Assembly: GCF_009914755.1 (NCBI RefSeq)
Contig: NC_060940.1
Reading direction: 5' to 3' (one strand)
Source: the human T2T-CHM13v2.0 reference genome, Homo sapiens
Length of the DNA stretch: 64,000 nucleotides
Each line of letters begins with the position of its first letter. Position 1 is the stretch's first letter. Shown here piece by piece: positions 56,541-64,000 of this stretch. The notes beneath the pieces were generated by a model. The model worked only from the letters and a program-made list of their open reading frames with translations, made no database searches and had not been told where the DNA came from. The position numbers and the translations under genes were made by a program.

Positions 56541-59500
56541 TCCCCAGTCGCGCTGGAGGGGAGGTTCTTATCATGGGGTCGTCTAAGGACTGAGGGGTGC
56601 CAGACCTCAGGTTCTTCAAAACCCCGACTCCAGATCCCCGGAACACAGACCCCAGATCCTCAAAACCCAGACCCTAAATTCCCTGGAGCCCAGACTCCAT
56701 TTCTTTAAAACTTAGACCTGAGATCTCCTCGAATCAGACCCCCTGAAACTCAGATTTCCCCAAACCCACATTCCAGAACCTAGAGACCACATGTCTTATC
56801 CCCCAAACTCCACAGCCCAGAACCCCCCGAAGTTCTAATCCACTGCTCCTCCAAACCCCGCGGCATGATTTTAAAGAGCATCAATTCCCATCCCATAGAT
56901 ACTGACCTAGTAGATCAGTATTGGCAACCCTGGGGCCGGAAAGCTATTTTTTATTTCTCCGGCTCCCCTCCACTTCTGAAAATGGAGAGTTGCCAGCTGC
57001 CCTGATTGCCTTAATGAGTAGTTAATGGAATTACCCTAGAGATTTGTGCTGAAGGTTTTTTTTTTTTTTTTTTTTTAATTAAGTTGTAAAGTCCTGTTAA
57101 ATGTTTATCAGCCCGGTGGGATTATGACCCAGAAAGGTTCCCGTAAAGAGGAAAGGGATGGATGGAGGTAGGGGCAGAATGTCATTTGTCCCGGTAGATG
57201 GGAGGGGACCAGAGCAAGGCCTGGGCCTCATTTTTGGGAGGGGATTTATGGTGGGGTAGGACAAGGAAGAGGAAAAGAGCGGGTGCCTCGGAGGTAATTT
57301 AGGAGAAAACGAAGGAAGAGGCTGGGAAATGCCAAAGAGAGGGATTGGGGAATAAGACCCCAAAGATCGTCTGAAAGCACCTTTGAGCTGTTCCAGGGCT
57401 GGCAGTGAAGGGTGAAGCTCTGTGTTCTGCAAAGCGGGCTGCTGAGGATTGGGGGAGGGGTAGGGAGTCAGTTCCACACCCCACCAGCTCTGCGACCTGC
57501 CCTTGCTCTAGGTTTCAGTTTTTGTACCTATAGGATGGTGTTGGGAGAGAAACAGTGGAACCCAGCAGATACATTTCTTTAACAAGCGGATCCGTGATCT
57601 TCTTCAAGGCCCCCTTGTTTGCTGCTTTTTCAGACTGAAGAGGTCAGAGGTCAGGCATTGAATGAATCTACCCACTGGCAGCGGCAGGGCTCCTAGGATT
57701 TCCTGGGTACATGTTTCTGGGTGCCCATGCCACCTCCTAGGTCTGCACTGGGGACAGGACACGTTCAGGGTGGTATGGCTGTAGACGGCACAGGGCATTT
57801 CAGAAGCTGAAATGCAAGAGGCCGCTAAGGCCTCTTGCAACTTGTAGTTTCCAGGGGTTCTGGAAGGAAGGAAAAGACAGGCACCCCCCTCCACCCTCAC
57901 CCTCATACTAATAGTGACCTTGAGAGCAGAGAACAGGTTTTGTGACCCATTTCAAAGTGTGTTCCTTAAGCCCAAGGGCTGCCTGTCCAGATGGTGTGGG
58001 ACACTCATTCTTTCATAAGTAATTCAGATTCTGAAATCAGACATTTCATACTGGCCATCTTGATGTAGATTACATTGCCATCCTGTGTCCTGATTGTACT
58101 TTATGAAAGATGTAGAAACAATCATGATATTTCACGGTTATTTCTTGATTGTGTTTTTTGTGTTCCTATGCAACTGCCGCCATTCTTCTCTAGCTTTCTC
58201 CCATCCTGAGTGTTTTTACATCGTGTTCATTGAGTCAACAACTATTTACTGAGCCCCGGCACATACTGAAGCCTTGTCCCCAGTGTGGATATAGCAGTAC
58301 AGTGAACAGAACAGACAAAACTCCATACTCTCATGAGACTGACATTTTGTTCTCTAACAGGGACCTTACTGTTAAAAAAAAAAAAAATTATACTGGTTGC
58401 TAATACTTTAACAATCAGCAGGTTTCACATTAAAAACTGGGTGCTTTATTTCTCTGGAAAACCAGCCAATCTTTAGGCTGCCACACTTGGCTTGGGTTTT
58501 GTAGTGATCTGAATCCTTTTGGATGAATGTCCCTTGATGTTGCCTCCCTAACCGGTCTAGTCTGGTGAATTTCCAGTCCCTGCCTTAAATGCATGCATCT
58601 GAATCTCTTTGTCACCTGTAGCAAATTCACTGAGTACCTAGAGTAAGCTAGACACTGTCTCAGGCACTGGGGAATGAAGTTGTCACTGACCTCAGAGAAC
58701 TTTACATACAGGCTTAACCTTATTTCACACGAGTCCTTTCCCAAATGTTCAAATGTTCGTTTTATGAGTTAGTCACTTTGTACATCATCTTAGCTGGTGA
58801 GATTCGACTGTTTCATAGCGGCTCGTGTCATGGTTTGTTTCATGGTCATAGAGCATTAACATTTTGGAGGTGAGGCTTTTAGGTGCATCAGACCCAACTG
58901 CTTCCTTTTACAGACATGGAAACTGAGCCTCAGAGTGGTTGAGCTGTGCAGGTACATTTAGGAAATTTTCCTTGAGCCCAGTATGTTCCCTACGTATTAC
59001 ACTGTGTTGCCTTTTTCTTCAGAGAGAGATATTAAATAGTGATACAAACTGCTTTTTCCATTTTACTTATTTTATTTTGTTTTATTTTGAGGCAGGGTCT
59101 CACACTGTTGCTCAGGCTGGAGTATAGTGGCACCATCATAGCTCACCAAAGCCTCTGACTCCTGGCCTCAAGCAGTCCTCCTGCCTCGGCCTCCTGAGTA
59201 GCTGAGGCTACAGGCACGTGCCATCATGCCTAGCTAATTTTTTTTCTAGTAGGGATGAGGTGTGGCTGTGTTGTCCAGGCTGGTCTCCTGGGCTCAAGTG
59301 ATCCTCCTTCTTTGGCCTCCCAAAGTGCTGGGATTACAGGCATGAGCCACCATGCCTGGCCGCAAACTGATTTTTCTTTGAATCCATATTCTGTAGCAGG
59401 TGCTTAATATGCATTGATGTGAATCTGTACAACCACATGAAAAGGAGTGGCTCTATGTCTGCACCTGAAGAAACCGAACACGAGCTTGCCCAAGGCCACG

Positions 59501-59756
59501 CAACACGTGGAAGACTCAGATGGCATTTGGGCATCTTACTGGGTTAACACTTCGTGTCTGGTAATGCTCAGAATGTAAGAGTTTTAGAGAGTCCTTGAAG
59601 AGAGGACAGATATTAAATGTCTTTTTAGTCTCTTTTTCTTCGGAGAATGAAAGTAATGAGAAAATTAAGTTTCTAGATGAATGTTGCTCCAAGTATTTGA
59701 AATTATTCAGAGTTAGTAAGGAAGATTTCTGGCCCTCATTGCAGACCTTTAGTTGA

Positions 59757-60038
<282 letters not shown>

Positions 60039-60454
60039 TGATCTGCCCACCTCACCCTCCTGAAGTGCTGGGAGTACTGGCATGAGCCACCGTGCCCAGC
60101 CAGGAATTTGCATGTTAATAAGCACCTTACTAATGGCAAAGTTTGCAAATTTGTTTTAGACCCGGAAACTTACACGAGCAACCTAGAGGCAGCCACTAAA
60201 ATAAACAGAAAAGCATTGAAAAATAAGGCATTGTAATAGGCTGTAGGTGGTTTCTAATCTGAAAAACATTGAGTCACATGATTTGGGAGAGAGTTTGTTG
60301 ATTTCCCTCTGTCCCCAGTAATGCCCCGTGTTAAAAGCTGGCATATAATAGGTCCTCAGTGAATGTATACTGACTGAGTGCATTCAGGTGTAACATGTGT
60401 AGTTAATTCCCAAAGGCAATGTTATGATTTCTGTTTTCCTTCCTTCCTTTCCAG

Positions 60455-60544
60455 ATAAAGCTGTACACCAAGCATGGGACTTTGAAATACCAGACAGACT
60501 GTGCCCCTAATAATGGTTACTTTATGATCCCTTTGTATGATAAG
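60455..60544 (+). CDS. NOMO3: NOMO3 exon 2 (90 nt)
   Basis: ccag|IKLYTKHGTLKYQTDCAPNNGYFMIPLYDK|gtaaga. Confidence 0.93.
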
Positions 60545-61788
60545 GTAAGAGGGGACTGCTTGTCACTTATGATGGGAAGTCACTAGTGTGCCTCACCAGG
60601 CTGCATTAACCATGTCCTTTCCTACACTAGCAAATGCTCATCTGTTTTGTAAATTATTAGTGGAATATGATAATCCTAGCCACATTTGGAGGGAGACAAC
60701 TTACAAACTGCCTTGACGAATACAGTGGCTCTCTCTGTGTTTAGGACCATTTGGCAATGTCTAGAGACGTTTTTGTTGTGACATCTGTGGCTGTGCGCTA
60801 CAGTCACCCAGTGAGTAGTGGCCAGGCGTGGAGCTAAATGTGCTACAGTGCTGCCTACGACAGCCCAGATGTCAGTAGTGCCAGGGCTGAGAAACTCTGA
60901 TTTCATGGAACCCGTTACTTGCAAGCAGCTTAAAGTATTGTTAAAAAAATTGTACAAGTAATACATGAATTCATGAACTTTGTGAAAAAGAAAGTCAAGG
61001 TCTTTAGAAGTATGTGAAATAAATTTGTACCCTTTTCGCTCCAATTTTACCTCCCTCTGTAGTGATAACCTCTGATAATCTGATAAAGGTTTTTTTTGTT
61101 GTTTTTTTTTTTTCTTCTTTTGAGTTGGAGTCTCGCTCTGTCGCCCAGGCTGGAGTGCAGTGGTGTGATCTTGCCTCACTCCAACCTCCACCCCCCAGGT
61201 TCAAGCCATTTTCCTTCCTCAGCCTCCTGAATAGCTGGGATTACAGGCATCTGCCACTACACCCAGCTAATGTTTTGTATTTTTAATAGTGATGGGGTTT
61301 TGCCATGTTGGCTAGGCTGGTCTCGAACTCCTGACCTCAAGTGAACCACCTGCCTCAGCCTCCCAAAGTGCTGGGATTACAGGTGTGAGCCGATGTTTCC
61401 GGCCCTCTTATAAAATTTTGATGTGCATCCTAACAGATTGCTTTCTATTTATAGTTATTCAGATATCCACGGGTACACATGCATATGTATATATGGAAAT
61501 ACACACAAGCACACATGCACATCGATATGTATCCACAAACACCTCTATACAATCCCATCCTCCCACATATAAACCTTTTATTTGGAAATACAGATTCATA
61601 GGAAGTTGCAAAAATAGTCAATACACATAGTTTTGATTTTGATATATTTTTTAATACAAATGAAATCAAACAATAGGATTTATTCTGCAGTTTCATTTTT
61701 TCCCCTGTGTTAATGCTTTCAATACCAGAGGGACATTTGGTTTTTTCCTCTTGCATGCTTTCAACATTAGCATAGATAGATCTACTGA

Positions 61789-62115
<327 letters not shown>

Positions 62116-62310
62116 TAGTGTGTCAGAGTCAAACCCAAACTGTAATTTATTTAACTACTTGGACATATAGACTTTCCCCAATTTTAAAATAATAGTAATT
62201 TTAACATAACACACCAGGAAATATTCTTGAACTTAACTCTTCATCCAGAATGCATAGGATTGATTTCTAGAGATGGACTAGCTGGGTCTGTCCTGAAATC
62301 TATTTAATTA

Positions 62311-62644
<334 letters not shown>

Positions 62645-63405
62645 CTAAAACAAAAACAGAAACCAGGGTTGATAAGTAAAATCTAGTTTTATTTATTGAA
62701 TTAATGAGTTAACGTATTGTTTAGAGACAGGATCCCCTTCCGCTGCCCATGCTGGAGTGCAGGGGCACAATTATGGTTCACTGCAGCACTGACCTCCTGG
62801 GCTCAAGTGATCTTTCTGCCTCTTCCTCCTAAGTAGCTAAGACTGTAGGCGCCTGCCACCACACCCAGCTAATTTTTTAAGAACATTTTTTGTACAGATG
62901 GGGTCTTGCTATGTTGCTTAGGCTGGTCTTGAACTCCTGGCCTCAAGTGACCCTCCTGCCTTGGCCTCCCACAGTGTTGGGATTATAGGTGTGAGGTACT
63001 GTGCCTGGCCAAATCTAGTTTTAGGGGGTGCCTTTAGTTCCTGAAGATACATGCTAACTTGTGCAACTGTAGGCATGTGAGGGCTTAATGGGAGACTCAA
63101 TTAATAGAATTATAGTATGTTTAGTATTAAAAGACAGTGAGTGGCTGAACCTAGTGTCTTTAGAACTCATGAATGGGCTTCAGCACTGTCTTCTGATTGT
63201 TTAGATGAAAACTTCTGGTGTTCAGCTTCAGCTTGTAGCTTCTGAAGAGAATCAGTGCTCAGTACCATGTAGAAGAACAAGGCTTACTCTTAGAATTTCA
63301 TTTCCGGTGTAAAAAAATTTTAGATTAAATGATAACACTAAACTAAATTTAGCCAGAGTCACAATTCTCATTTCTTGAAATTACATTTTCTTTTTTTCCT
63401 TTTAG

Positions 63406-63451
63406 GGGGATTTCATTCTGAAGATTGAGCCTCCCCTAGGGTGGAGTTTTG
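63406..63451 (+). CDS. NOMO3: NOMO3 exon 3 (46 nt); gene continues beyond right edge
   Basis: ttag|GDFILKIEPPLGWSF(G)|gtaagt. Confidence 0.93.
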
Positions 63452-64000
63452 GTAAGTTAACTGAATCACTAGACATTCTTTGTAAAAGATTAGATGATAT
63501 GCCGAATATTAATTTAGGCTAGCAGAGTGCATAAACTATTAAAATATTAAGGATCATTTCCAGTATGGAAGAGGGTTTGTATTCCTCCCCTCCTTGCCCC
63601 CATCACTCTGGTTTAGTTCGGATTTACCTTAATCTACCTCAAGACTTTCTGTCACCTTTGAAAAATAGACATCTTTTCTTCTACCTTTCTGGAAACTCTT
63701 CCCTTGCAGTTTCACTCATTACGTGGCCGTGGAACAGTATAGAAATCAAGAGTGGGGACTTGGTTCCCATCCCAGGATGGCTTCTTTTTTAGCCCCCTCA
63801 GTTTTTTAAGTTTTTATGGAATTAATTGAAACATTTAAAGATTGTGAGATTTGTCATAAAAATCCAGATTTATGTCCCATGAGATGAGAAGACTGTCAGC
63901 CTTATACCTTACCAGTTAAATAACTTTGGGCAAGTTACTTCCCCCGTGTCAGCCTGGCTCCTCACTGTCGAGCAAGGGTAGTTATAGTCCCTGCCCCACT

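Overview
Human (primate) genomic DNA recognisable as 16p13.11. The minus strand carries the 5' portion of ABCC6 (MRP6): coding exons 1-19, 2590 nt, about aa 1-863 (TMD0, L0, TMD1, NBD1), all with GT-AG junctions and an open frame; exon 20 onward lies left of the window. Read-through of the exon 2 donor gives the 99-aa URG7 isoform. The plus strand carries coding exons 1-3 of a NOMO gene (NOMO3 by adjacency to full-length ABCC6), head-to-head with ABCC6 and ~9.3 kb apart. Between the two CpG-island promoters is a ~4.5-kb AT-rich satellite (SATR1/SATR2-like) whose 60/63-bp units are each built from two palindromes. The satellite and ~360 bp of unexplained sequence sit between diverged 74/90-bp direct repeats about 0.5 kb upstream of the ABCC6 ATG. 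Introns are very Alu-dense and also hold MER41A, MLT1, MER1A, MER20, MER53, MER58, L1, L2 and MIR remnants. Best leads: the direct-repeat-bounded satellite insertion, a 164-bp non-transposon duplication bracketing exon 10, and an iterative fold-back insertion scar inside an intron 4 Alu. I see no evidence for a novel protein-coding system; the remaining ORFs are Alu, L1, satellite or low-complexity artefacts. Repeat family names and literature details come from memory, not from a search.
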